Positions 36,555 through 45,862 are shown, counted from the stretch's first letter. The stretch is 64,000 nt of DNA from Phycisphaerae bacterium (GCA_963675745.2 CAXXWX010000013.1:1-64000); one strand, 5' to 3'. A program made the numbers and translations. The notes: generated from the letters alone by a model not told the origin.

Positions 36555-38204
36555 ATGAACCACGCTCCCACGCACGCGCGGCAGTTTCGTCGGCTTCACC
36601 TTACCTTCACAATCGCGACCCTCGCGGCCTTGCTCGGCGGCTGCGGCCCGGGCGGGCCCATCAGGGTGCGACTCCAGCCGGAAGTTGAGCGGCCGGCGCG
36701 CGGCGCGGTCATTCTGCTCTGCGACGGACTCGACCCCGATCTGGTCAGGCGCGGCTGTGAGGAAGGCTGGCTGCCAAACATCAAGCAGCGCTTCGCCGAC
36801 GGCGGAACCGAGGTCCGCAACGCGATAACGTGTGTACCGTCCATCACCTACGCGGCGATCACAACCATGTTGACCGGGACCACGCCGGCGCAGCATGGGA
36901 TTACCGGTATCTACTGGTTCGACCGGCGGCAACGTCGCTTTCGCCGGTATGACACTGCGCGCACATACCGGTACAACAACCGCGATCTGCCGTCTGACAT
37001 TCACACGTTCGGCGAGCACCTGCGGCCCGAGGCGTCCGCCAGCGTGCAAAACGCGCTGACCCGCGGCGTCACGGCCAATTTCGCCAACTGGGCCCCCTCG
37101 GGTGTCAGGTGGCTCTTCCACAACTATACCAGCGTCGACAAGATGACCGCATCGACGCTCGGCGACATCGCGCGCTGGGCCAATTGGCACGATCGATGGC
37201 CCGCCGGCGTCACGTTGTATTTCCCCGCCGTCGATGCCGTCGGGCACCAGCATGGCGTGAGCTCGCCGGAGTACTCGGCGGCGGTCGCGCACCTGGATTA
37301 CCAGCTCGGCCGGGTTTGTGACTGGTTGGAGCGCGAGGGACTGCTCGGCACGACCGTCATGGCGTTGGTCAGCGACCACGGGATGGTCGACATTCGACCG
37401 GACGGGTACATAGACCTGGTTGCGCTGGTGCGTGACGCGTGGGGCCGTCACGTCACCGATCAGTGTTTCCAGGACGGGCCGCGCGACTGGCGCGCCAGGC
37501 ACTACGACCGGTTTGACACGGTGGTGTTGCACCACACCGGACGGCGCGGTGCCGTGTATTTCGCCGGGCCGAATGGGTGGGACGATGATCCGAGCCCGGA
37601 GGCGATTGCCGAGATACTGACCGCGCCGCCGGCGCAACAGCGCATCTGGAATGTGCCCGGTATTCAGCTCGTTGCATATCGCACCTCGGATACGCGTGTC
37701 GTGCTGCGTTCGTCGCGTGGCGCCGCGCGCATCGAAGAGAGCACAGGCCCGTCCGGGTCGCTGTTCCGCTACGTTCCCGAACCGGACGATGTGCTGGGCT
37801 ACATGGCCGATGCGGATGTGGCCGCGTTCGTTTCCGCCGGGCCACACGACGACCGCGCCTGGCTGGCCGCCACCGCCGACCAGCAGATTCCCGATGTCGT
37901 GCCGCAGTTGGGGCCTTTGCTGAACACCTCGCGGGTAGGTGACGTGCTGATTTTCCCCGAGCCGGGGTATTCGTTCTCCAGGCAGGCCGGCGGTCACGGG
38001 GGGGTGGACCGCGGAGAAATGCGCGCCACGCTGTATTTTGCCGGGCCGGGAATCGAGCGCGGTGGTATCATCGAGCACGGTCGCTTGCTGGACCTGACGC
38101 CCACGTTGCTGGCCTGGCTGGGTGTCGATGCGGATCAGCAACCGGTGATGGTGGCGGGCGTGCCGCTCCTGGAACAGGACACCCAGAGCGTATTTGGCAG
38201 ATGA
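36555..38204 (+). CDS. Alkaline phosphatase superfamily / nucleotide pyrophosphatase-phosphodiesterase lipoprotein
   Basis: LLGGC lipobox; LLCDGL, PSITYAAITTMLTG..HGITG, DAVGHQHG, VSDHGM, GGHGG. Confidence 0.85.
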   Translation: MNHAPTHARQFRRLHLTFTIATLAALLGGCGPGGPIRVRLQPEVERPARGAVILLCDGLDPDLVRRGCEEGWLPNIKQRFADGGTEVRNAITCVPSITYAAITTMLTGTTPAQHGITGIYWFDRRQRRFRRYDTARTYRYNNRDLPSDIHTFGEHLRPEASASVQNALTRGVTANFANWAPSGVRWLFHNYTSVDKMTASTLGDIARWANWHDRWPAGVTLYFPAVDAVGHQHGVSSPEYSAAVAHLDYQLGRVCDWLEREGLLGTTVMALVSDHGMVDIRPDGYIDLVALVRDAWGRHVTDQCFQDGPRDWRARHYDRFDTVVLHHTGRRGAVYFAGPNGWDDDPSPEAIAEILTAPPAQQRIWNVPGIQLVAYRTSDTRVVLRSSRGAARIEESTGPSGSLFRYVPEPDDVLGYMADADVAAFVSAGPHDDRAWLAATADQQIPDVVPQLGPLLNTSRVGDVLIFPEPGYSFSRQAGGHGGVDRGEMRATLYFAGPGIERGGIIEHGRLLDLTPTLLAWLGVDADQQPVMVAGVPLLEQDTQSVFGR

Positions 38205-39352
38205 CGGCGCGAATCGTGGCTGCAATCGTCGTGCTCCTGGCGGGTATCGCCGTCATGACGCTCAGCGGCCTGATCACGGAGCGCTCAGAGACGCCCACGG
38301 AGAACCCACAGCCCTCGAATGTCCCCGCAGCGAATCAGTCTGTGGATGCTCTTCCTGACGACCCGGCACCGTCGCCGCCGCCCGCCGCGGCGCCCGTTGA
38401 ATACCGGGGGCTGGCGATTCAGATCCACACCAACTACCGCGCTATCGAGACGTTTACGCCGCTGATCAACGAAATCGCTGAGACCGGTGCCAACATGCTC
38501 CTGATCGCGACGGCCGGCTGGATGGAGCACGCCGATTCCCAGGGCATCTACATCGAGCATCGCAAAACACCCAGTCGCGACGATATGCTGACGCTCATCC
38601 GGACCGCGCGCGAGGCGGGGCTCGACGTGTTCGTGATGCCCATCGTACTGCTGGCCCATCCGCGCGGCCGCGAATGGCGTGGCGTAATCGAACCGCCGTC
38701 CTGGGAGCTGTGGTGGCGGGAATATCGCGACTTCATCGTCTACTTCGCCGACCTGGCGCGCGAGGGGCAAGCGCGCGGTCTGATCCTCGGCTCCGAACTC
38801 GTCAAGACCGAGACGCAGACGGCCGAGTGGGTGGCGACCATTGAGCTGGTGCGCGCACGGTTTCCCGAGGGAATGCTGGGCTACTCGGCCAACTGGGATA
38901 CCTACGAGACCGTCCAGTTCTGGGACAAGCTCGATTTTGTCGGCATGACGAGCTACTTCAAGCTGGCCGACCATGAAAACCCGACCGTCGCGGAACTCGT
39001 CGAAAACTGGCGCCCGATTCACCAAGAGGTCGGCGCGTGGATTCAGCGTATTGATCGCCCCCTGGTCCTCACCGAAGTGGGTTGGTGCAGCCAGGAAGGG
39101 GCCGCGATTACGCCGTGGAACTACTTCCGCAATCAGAAGGCCACCCCCGCCGGACACGCCGAACAACGTAATCTCTACGAGGCTTTCCTGGAAGTCTGGG
39201 ACGCTACGCCGGGGTTGGTCGGCGTGATCTGGTGGGAGTGGAAGCCTGGCGAAGGTGGCCCGGGCGACTTTGGCTACACGCCCAAGGACAAGCCCGCCGA
39301 GGATGTCCTGCGCCGCTGGTTTGCCGGTGCCCGAGTGGCCGGCGACGACTGA
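38201..39352 (+). CDS. Glycoside hydrolase family 113-like TIM-barrel, membrane-anchored
   Basis: WRGVIEP, LILGSEL, GYSANWD, FWDKLDFVGMTSYF, LTEVGW. Confidence 0.75.
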   Translation: MTARIVAAIVVLLAGIAVMTLSGLITERSETPTENPQPSNVPAANQSVDALPDDPAPSPPPAAAPVEYRGLAIQIHTNYRAIETFTPLINEIAETGANMLLIATAGWMEHADSQGIYIEHRKTPSRDDMLTLIRTAREAGLDVFVMPIVLLAHPRGREWRGVIEPPSWELWWREYRDFIVYFADLAREGQARGLILGSELVKTETQTAEWVATIELVRARFPEGMLGYSANWDTYETVQFWDKLDFVGMTSYFKLADHENPTVAELVENWRPIHQEVGAWIQRIDRPLVLTEVGWCSQEGAAITPWNYFRNQKATPAGHAEQRNLYEAFLEVWDATPGLVGVIWWEWKPGEGGPGDFGYTPKDKPAEDVLRRWFAGARVAGDD

Positions 39353-39380
39353 TCGGTATCCGGCCGTCGAGGAGTGCCAC

Positions 39381-40250
39381 ATGAGAATCCGCGCGTTGAT
39401 CAGATTACTGGTGCCGCTACTGGTCGCCATAGCGCACGGCTCTGCGTCGCTTGCTCAGTTGCCCGAGCAGGGCAAGCCGTTCCCCGCGTTGACCGGCAGG
39501 AGCGCGGTCAGCGACGCGACGGTCGATCTCGAAGCCCTGCGCGGCAAGGTGGTGCTGGTGGACTTCTGGGCGACCTGGTGCCCACCCTGTCGGGCCGCCG
39601 TGCCGCACCTCCGCGACATGCGCCAGCGATTCGGCGACAAGGGGCTCGAGATCATCAGCATCTCGGCCGACCGTAAGCTTGCTGATCTGACCGATTATCT
39701 CAAAAAAGAGAAGATGGACTGGTACCACATCTTCGATGAGCGCGGTCAACTGTCGCGCCGGTTCCAGATTCCGGGCTACCCGACCACGTTTGTGGTGGGG
39801 CGTGGCGGCTTGCTCGAATACATGGAAGTGGGCTTTGCGCCGCCGGGGGCCGAGCTGCGGCGTGCCATCCGCAAGGCGCTCGACGCGGAGTGGGATCCCG
39901 AAAAGCTCGCCGAGAAGGCACTGGCGGAGGGCGATGCGCTGCGCGCCGCGGGCAAATATGAGGATGCGCTGGCCACGTATCAGAGCATCCCACGGCAGTT
40001 CGGCGACACCACCAGCGCCCAACCCGCGCGCGAGCGCATCAAGAGCCTGGAAGCCAACGAGCTCAAGACGCTGGAGACGGCGCGTGCGCGACGAGCCGAG
40101 TGCTGGCGTCTGCTGAAGATCGCCCGGCAGTTGCGCGAGGCCAAGCGCTCTGAGCAGTCGCGGAAGTACTTCCGGCGAGTGATCGACGAGTTTGCGGGTC
40201 TCGAAGAAGCCGACATCGCGCGTCGCGAAATCGCGGGTCTGGCGGAGTAG
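39381..40250 (+). CDS. TlpA-like thioredoxin with TPR-like C-terminus
   Basis: GAGGAG RBS; GKVVLVDFWATWCPPCR; GYPTTFVV. Confidence 0.88.
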   Translation: MRIRALIRLLVPLLVAIAHGSASLAQLPEQGKPFPALTGRSAVSDATVDLEALRGKVVLVDFWATWCPPCRAAVPHLRDMRQRFGDKGLEIISISADRKLADLTDYLKKEKMDWYHIFDERGQLSRRFQIPGYPTTFVVGRGGLLEYMEVGFAPPGAELRRAIRKALDAEWDPEKLAEKALAEGDALRAAGKYEDALATYQSIPRQFGDTTSAQPARERIKSLEANELKTLETARARRAECWRLLKIARQLREAKRSEQSRKYFRRVIDEFAGLEEADIARREIAGLAE

Positions 40251-40551
40251 GGGGGCTTGCCTGTTCAATCTGGCGCTCTGGCAGCGTAGACGCGCCGCGC
40301 GTTTCCGCCGGCGCTCCGTACATGACCACTCATGCCCATTATTATCGGGCGTATCCGCCTCAGTGCACCGGATTCGCACAAACCATCGCAGGCGGCGCGC
40401 TGTCTTACCGTATGATGTCCTTGTCGGCTGTGGGCGACATGACGCCGATCCGCGCTCGCCCGTCGCCGCGAATCGGATTATTCCGTGAATATCCGTCAGG
40501 TTCGGGACGTCAGCACAGTGGACCCGGCGAGGGATTGTGAGGGAGACTGAC

Positions 40552-40956
40552 ATGAAAGCCACATCCTATCTGCTTGCATTGACGCTGATCGTTGGTTTGC
40601 AGGCGGGTTGCGGATTCGACATCCTGCTGGAGGATCTGGAGGATCTCGATATCGTCGTGCGCGACTCCGGCGCTGGCTGGTGGGGCGGTGGCTACGCCGA
40701 CACGTACGTCTACGATGAAATTTGGTACGACGACGTGTATTACGAGGATGTGTATTACTACGACGATTATTACTACGATGACGTGTATTACGAAGACGTC
40801 TACTACGACGATCTGTACGATGATGACGTCTTTTACTACTACGATGATTATTACTATGACGACGTGTACTATGATGACTACTATTACGATGACGCGTATT
40901 ACTACGATGATGATTACTACTACTCGGATGCGTACTTCGACGAAGCGTGGTGGTAA
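40552..40956 (+). CDS. Tyr/Asp-rich low-complexity putative lipoprotein (134 aa)
   Basis: GAGGGAG RBS; signal MKATSYLLALTLIVGLQAGC; YYDD/YYEDV repeats up to a WW C-terminus. Confidence 0.75.
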   Translation: MKATSYLLALTLIVGLQAGCGFDILLEDLEDLDIVVRDSGAGWWGGGYADTYVYDEIWYDDVYYEDVYYYDDYYYDDVYYEDVYYDDLYDDDVFYYYDDYYYDDVYYDDYYYDDAYYYDDDYYYSDAYFDEAWW

Positions 40957-41045
40957 GCCGCCACGCCGTCGCGCGCAGGTCACCCCCGCCACGGGGCCGT
41001 GACATTTGCGGTGGGAGTGCCGCGCTCGTCGTCTCCGAGTCCTAT

Positions 41046-41226
41046 GCCCCGCAGGGGCATCTGAATATAGCCCAGCACGCAGTGCTGGGTTTGGATCACG
41101 TACCTGGCTACCGAGTCCCGCAGGGACGGCTGAAGGCTCAGCCGTCCCTGCGGGACTCGGTTTTTGCATGGCCGCAACTGCCGCAGCACTGCGTGCTGGG
41201 CTACGTTCATTGCGTCCCTGCGGGAC
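41046..41226. repeat. ~180-bp nested inverted-repeat element (REPIN/MITE-like)
   Basis: Perfect 24-bp stem 41110-41133/41138-41161 with an aggc loop; imperfect outer arms 41046-41089/41181-41226. Confidence 0.8.
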
Positions 41227-41359
41227 GGCGTGGCTACGATTCGCCGATTGTGTTACGGCCGCCATTGCCGGCATTCGCCGGTCTGTTGTGAACCAGCCCG
41301 CTCCGCTATAGTGCGCGCTTTCGATCGCGCATTGTGATTCGGCGTATGTGGGAAGCGTG

Positions 41360-42193
41360 ATGAGCCGTAACGGACAGCCGTCACACATTGTTCGCCGGGT
41401 GCTGGGTGGCACGGTGCTTCTTGCGCTGGCGATGGTCCTGTTGCGCGGCGGTTTGGGTGTGTGGGACAATGCGCCCGGTCGTGTTGCGCTGCGCGTCGAG
41501 CGCCTCTTGGCGGATCGTGACGCCGCCCAGCGCAAAGAGGGTGCCTGGTTGGCCGCCGGAGCCGGCGCGCGCGAGGTGACGCAGAGACTATGCGCGGGTG
41601 TGGGCGGCGGAGAGGCGGAGCCGGATGTTCGCGAGGCCTATGCCTACGCCCTGGGCCGGATCGGCGCGCCGCAGACCTCAACCAGCTTGCGCACCGCCGC
41701 CGAGCGCGATGAGAGCGGTTACGTCCGGCAGGCCGCCTGGCTGGCGTTGGCGCGCGTCGATGCGCACGAGTTTCAGCGTGCGAGTTCGGTGGAGCGGGCC
41801 GAAGGCGGCGATGCGTGGGACAACATCGGGATCGCCGAAGGCGGCTTTGAGCTCGGCGATTATTCAGGCTTTGCCGGGCTGATGCAGTCGGCGACCGCGG
41901 GCACGGATTGGCAGCGGGACGTTGCCCGGCACGCGATCAGGCGCTGGATCGGGCCACTGCTGGATACGGTCGGTCAGTGGCCGATTGACGCCGATGCGTG
42001 CGACGCATCGGAATGGTCAGCCGCCACGCTCAAAGAGATTGCCGACCGGGCCGCGCGCGTCGATCTGTCCGCGATTGCCGCCGAAAACCGACCCCACTTC
42101 GAGAAATCCCGCCGTGTGCAGGCATATCGGGGGAAACTCGCCAAGGCATCACAACGCATCGCGCGCGTGCTGTTTCCAAGCGACGGCGGCTAG
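41360..42193 (+). CDS. HEAT-repeat protein with N-terminal TM/signal
   Basis: EPDVREAYAYALGRIG, DESGYVRQAAWLALAR. Confidence 0.7.
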   Translation: MSRNGQPSHIVRRVLGGTVLLALAMVLLRGGLGVWDNAPGRVALRVERLLADRDAAQRKEGAWLAAGAGAREVTQRLCAGVGGGEAEPDVREAYAYALGRIGAPQTSTSLRTAAERDESGYVRQAAWLALARVDAHEFQRASSVERAEGGDAWDNIGIAEGGFELGDYSGFAGLMQSATAGTDWQRDVARHAIRRWIGPLLDTVGQWPIDADACDASEWSAATLKEIADRAARVDLSAIAAENRPHFEKSRRVQAYRGKLAKASQRIARVLFPSDGG

Positions 42194-42236
42194 CCCGCAT
42201 AGCATCCACTTGCAACGTCCCGCGGTAGCATCCACG

Positions 42237-42265
42237 GGTAGCGTCCGACCCCCGAGTCGGACGTT
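42237..42265 (+). repeat. GTAG-type REP, copy 1
   Basis: ggtagcgtccgacccccgagtcggacgtt; 28/29 identical to the reverse complement at 56357-56385. Confidence 0.75.
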
Positions 42266-42330
42266 CTTGCTTGCGTCGGCACCGTGTTCTGCACAAGCTA
42301 TGGCCACGTGGTATGTATGGGAGTGATCTG

Positions 42331-43872
42331 ATGTTCAACGGCACCATGGTGCGGCTCATATGCGGGATATTGCTCGCGATCAGTTGCGGTCTCGCGCCAA
42401 ACGCGGTGCGCGCTGACGACGAACCCGCGCTTCCGATTGGCCTCGGCGAGACAGATGCAGCCGACGACGAGCCCGAGTTGCCCACCGGACTGAACGCGAC
42501 GGATGACGACGAGCCGGCGTTGCCGGCCGGATTGAACGCGACGGATGACGACGAGCCGGCATTGCCCACAGGCCTCGGCACCCAGGCGACCGCGGAGCCC
42601 ACGCAGCCGGCGGAGTCTCAGCAGCAGTCCGGCAGCCTGCTCGAGCGCCCGGGGTTGCGCGAACTTGACCTCACCGGCTTCTGGGAAATGCGCGGCGGCG
42701 TCCGCACGCCCGACGACCCGCACGAGCGGGACGCGTCGATCGGCGAATCCAGGCTGCAACTCCAGTTGGAAAAAACGTGGCGGCAGCTCACATTCCGGCT
42801 GACCACCGATGTGTACTACGACGCCGTGCTCGATCGCCACTCGGTGCATCTCGAACGCGGTCGCGGCTTTCTCGATCTGCGCGAGGCCAGCGTCGCGTTT
42901 TCACCGCTGGAATTCATGGACGTGAAGGTCGGCCGCCAGATACTGACCTGGGGTACTGGCGATCTGCTGTTTCTCAACGATATGTTCCCCAAGGACTGGC
43001 AGGCGTTCTTCATCGGTCGCGACGTCGAATACCTCAAGGCGCCCTCCGACGCGCTCAAGCTCAGCCTGTTCAGCGACGTCGTGAACTGGGACATCGTCTA
43101 CACGCCGCGCTTCGACCCCGATCGCTTCATCACCGGCGAGCGCATTTCTTACTACGACCCGATGCATTTCGGACGCGTGGGCCGCAGTGCGGTGGTCGAC
43201 GCCGACATTCCCAACGAGTGGTTCCGCGATCACGAGTGGGCCACGCGCGTCTCGAAGAATGTCGCAGGCTGGGAACTGGCCGGCTACGGTTACTGGGGCT
43301 ATTGGAAAAGCCCCGGCGGCTACGACTTTCTGGCGCAGAAGGCGACGTTTCCACGGTTGGCGGTCTACGGCGGCAGCATGCGCGGACAGCTCTTGGGCGG
43401 TATCGCCAACGTCGAGGCGGCGTATTACGACTCGCGCGAAGATCGACCCGGCAACAACCGCTTCACCAACAACAGCCAGTTCCGCTTCCTTGTCGGATAC
43501 GAGCGGCAATTGCCAGAGATTGCCAACGATCTGACGGTCGGTGCACAGTATTACCTCGAATGGATGGCCGATTACGACGATTACCGCCGAACGCACATCC
43601 CCCTCATGCCACTGGCGGACGAACGCCGGCACGTGGTCACGCTGCGCGTCGAAAAGCTGCTGCTGGAGCAGAATCTACGGCTGGCGCTGTTCACGTATTA
43701 CAGCCCCAGCGACCAGGACGCGTACGTGCGCCCGTCGGCCAACTACAAAATCGACGATCACTGGTCAGCGGAAGTCGGCGGCAACGTGTTCTTCGGAAAC
43801 GACCAACACACCTTCTTCAACCAGTTCGCCCGGAACAGCAACGTATACGTGGCGCTGCGGTACAGCTTCTGA
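42331..43872 (+). CDS. Putative outer-membrane beta-barrel protein with four N-terminal DDEPxLPxGL repeats
   Basis: Signal peptide; LREASV..VKVGRQILTWGTGD; amphipathic strands; terminal VYVALRYSF beta-signal. Confidence 0.75.
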   Translation: MFNGTMVRLICGILLAISCGLAPNAVRADDEPALPIGLGETDAADDEPELPTGLNATDDDEPALPAGLNATDDDEPALPTGLGTQATAEPTQPAESQQQSGSLLERPGLRELDLTGFWEMRGGVRTPDDPHERDASIGESRLQLQLEKTWRQLTFRLTTDVYYDAVLDRHSVHLERGRGFLDLREASVAFSPLEFMDVKVGRQILTWGTGDLLFLNDMFPKDWQAFFIGRDVEYLKAPSDALKLSLFSDVVNWDIVYTPRFDPDRFITGERISYYDPMHFGRVGRSAVVDADIPNEWFRDHEWATRVSKNVAGWELAGYGYWGYWKSPGGYDFLAQKATFPRLAVYGGSMRGQLLGGIANVEAAYYDSREDRPGNNRFTNNSQFRFLVGYERQLPEIANDLTVGAQYYLEWMADYDDYRRTHIPLMPLADERRHVVTLRVEKLLLEQNLRLALFTYYSPSDQDAYVRPSANYKIDDHWSAEVGGNVFFGNDQHTFFNQFARNSNVYVALRYSF

Positions 43873-43889
43873 CCGAAGGTCGCGTGGCC

Positions 43890-44522
43890 TCAGGTCTCAT
43901 GCGGCTGCTCAGGTTGTGGCGTTGGCCTGGGTGGAATGGTCATACGCGCCAAGTCAGCGTCCTTGGCCTCTTTGTTTGTGAGAGTGCTGATCCCGATGAA
44001 CTGACATCTCCGAAACACACATCTTTCGACCAGGAGTAGACCCGCCGGTAGCTCGTGGTCCTGAGTTTTGTTCGGCACAAACGTATCCAGGACTAGGTAC
44101 AGCTGATCTGGGTTCTTGCAGGTATAGGTGCAGTCATAGTGACTTACGTATCCAACCGGTGCCACCACGGCTGGTCCGTAGATGACACAATCCTCGAACG
44201 TGCGATCCGACACCACGTTATTCTCGGCCACCAGCGCAAGCCTGAGATGCAGGCCCTGGAGATGACGCGCGCGGAGTTCACTAGTCGCTGCGAGCCCGCC
44301 TGTTGGATCAAGGAATGGAAACCACGTGCGCGCCCAAGGCCAACGCTCTATCACGGCACCTCGAATGCCGATTGCTGATAGTGCCAGCCACAGAATCGCT
44401 GCACCGAGCACTGCGCCCAGGAGCCACTGGGGCATATTGGTGCCGGCAATCATGAGGCTAGAATCGACGATTACGATCAGTAGCGGCGGAAGCGTCGGCT
44501 TCAACACGGACGGCTTATTCAT
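43890..44522 (-). CDS. Hypothetical two-TM protein with atypical codon usage, between the direct repeats
   Basis: AGGAGGAG RBS; two hydrophobic segments; TFEDCVIYGPAVV and CVFRRCQFIGI segments. Confidence 0.65.
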   Translation of the reverse strand: MNKPSVLKPTLPPLLIVIVDSSLMIAGTNMPQWLLGAVLGAAILWLALSAIGIRGAVIERWPWARTWFPFLDPTGGLAATSELRARHLQGLHLRLALVAENNVVSDRTFEDCVIYGPAVVAPVGYVSHYDCTYTCKNPDQLYLVLDTFVPNKTQDHELPAGLLLVERCVFRRCQFIGISTLTNKEAKDADLARMTIPPRPTPQPEQPHET

Positions 44523-44715
44523 CAACGGCTCCTCCTGCCCCCATTATTAACCACCAGCCTCACCGCGTCACGTGTGCAGCACCGAAGCTCGCCGGCCTTT
44601 AAAGCGCCGGGGAACTGCGGATTCACCTGATCTGGCGAAGTGTAGTCTGCCATCGCTGACATGAGGAGCGGCCCCCCCGCGCCGGCGCGTGTTCGGTGAT
44701 CATCGCATCGCGCAC

Positions 44716-44750
44716 GCATGGCGACGCAAACAGCCGTCGCCATGGCACCC
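44716..44750. repeat. Solo copy of the 26.6-kb REP family
   Basis: gcatggcgacgcaaacagccgtcgccatggcaccc versus gcatgccgacgcgaacggccgtcggcatggcaccc. Confidence 0.75.
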
Positions 44751-45286
44751 CGCAGAAGTCGGCGGCAACGTGTTTCTCGGAAACGACCAACACGCCTTCT
44801 TCAACCAGTTCGCCCGGAACAGCAACGTGTACGTCGCGCTGCGGTACAGCTTCTAACCCGCCCGCGGGAGAAGAAAGCTGCAATATGACTGCGAGCAACA
44901 GTGGCCGAGGGGCTGTTGAAGCACTCTCGCACGGCGGAGCAGACCACAGTCTATTGCGCAGAGGGCGATCTGCGTGTTGCGCAGGGACACTTAATCAACA
45001 GCCCGCCGCCCCCACCTGCGCACGTTCCCACTTGCACACGTCCCTTTGTGCCGAGTTAGGCGAGCCACTGCTTCCACGGCGGCGTTATCCACACCGTCTA
45101 CGGGAAGCCCGTAAACAGCTTGTTTTATGAGGAGAGCCTCTGGGCTCTGTCTTGGCGGAGATGCGCAACTTATGCAGAAACGCCATTATTCCGGTGCATT
45201 CAAATGAGTCGGAGTACCAGTTTGGCGATGGAATCTCAGGGCCACGCGCAGGCGCGAGCCCAAAAGCACCTTAGGGACATCACATC

Positions 45287-45862
45287 ATGTTCAAAGAAGA
45301 CCGCGAAGAGTTCAAGTTTGACTGGTCGCACCTGGGCGACATCAAGGTCGGCCGGCCGAACCTCGGGCCCAAGACCAGCGTGGCCATGTATCGCCTTATG
45401 CAGTTTACGCTGCGCGACGCGGCGATCAGGCACACCGGTCCGGAGACGACTACCAAGATCTTCTATGATGCTGGTCACAACGCCGGCGCGGCTATCTACC
45501 AGAATCTGATTGCGCCGCCGACAGACTTCGCCGACCTGGTTGCGAAGCTGCAGAAACTCCTGGCGGACCTGGAAGTTGGCATCCTGCGTGTCGAAGCCGC
45601 TGACTTGGAGACCATGACGTTTAAGGTCACCGTGAGCGAGGACTTGGATTGTTCTGGTCTGCCCGTCATGCAAGAGGCGGTATGCACGTTCGACGAGGGG
45701 TTCATCGCCGGGATTCTGGAGGCGCACACCGGAAAAGCGTTCAATGTTAGGGAAGTGGACTGCTGGTGCACAGGTGATCGCGTTTGCCGATTTGAGGCTG
45801 TTCCTGCACCGGGCGTCGGCCGACCCGCCCAAGCCGCCGCGGGGTCGTGTCATATGACGTGA
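45287..45862 (+). CDS. Stand-alone V4R (4-vinyl reductase) domain protein
   Basis: GRPNLG..YRLMQFTLRD; EDLDCSGLP..VCTFDEGFIAGILE..VREVDCWCTGDRVCRF. Confidence 0.88.
   Translation: MFKEDREEFKFDWSHLGDIKVGRPNLGPKTSVAMYRLMQFTLRDAAIRHTGPETTTKIFYDAGHNAGAAIYQNLIAPPTDFADLVAKLQKLLADLEVGILRVEAADLETMTFKVTVSEDLDCSGLPVMQEAVCTFDEGFIAGILEAHTGKAFNVREVDCWCTGDRVCRFEAVPAPGVGRPAQAAAGSCHMT

Larger units (their letters stand above)
43768..44856 (+). repeat. 105-bp direct repeat of the beta-barrel gene 3' end (43768-43872 and 44752-44856)
   Basis: 98/105 identical by manual alignment, no indels. Confidence 0.92.

Noticed and set aside
36069..38225. 718-aa minus-strand ORF and similar long overlapping ORFs (18703-20130, 42777-44039, 29431-30339)
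   Set aside because: GC-rich shadow frames overlapping well-supported genes, with no recognisable motifs.
40510..41535. Val/Ile-rich antisense ORF (and the poly-Thr alternative frame)
   Set aside because: Shadow translations of the Tyr/Asp repeat; only the + frame has an RBS and a lipoprotein signal.
43873..44560. Integron cassette
   Set aside because: No attC-like RYYYAAC...GTTRRRY palindrome after the stop, and no integrase.
43768..44856. DGR template/variable repeat pair
   Set aside because: Differences are not adenine-specific (C/T, T/C and G/C changes occur), the AAC codons are unchanged, and there is no reverse transcriptase in the window.
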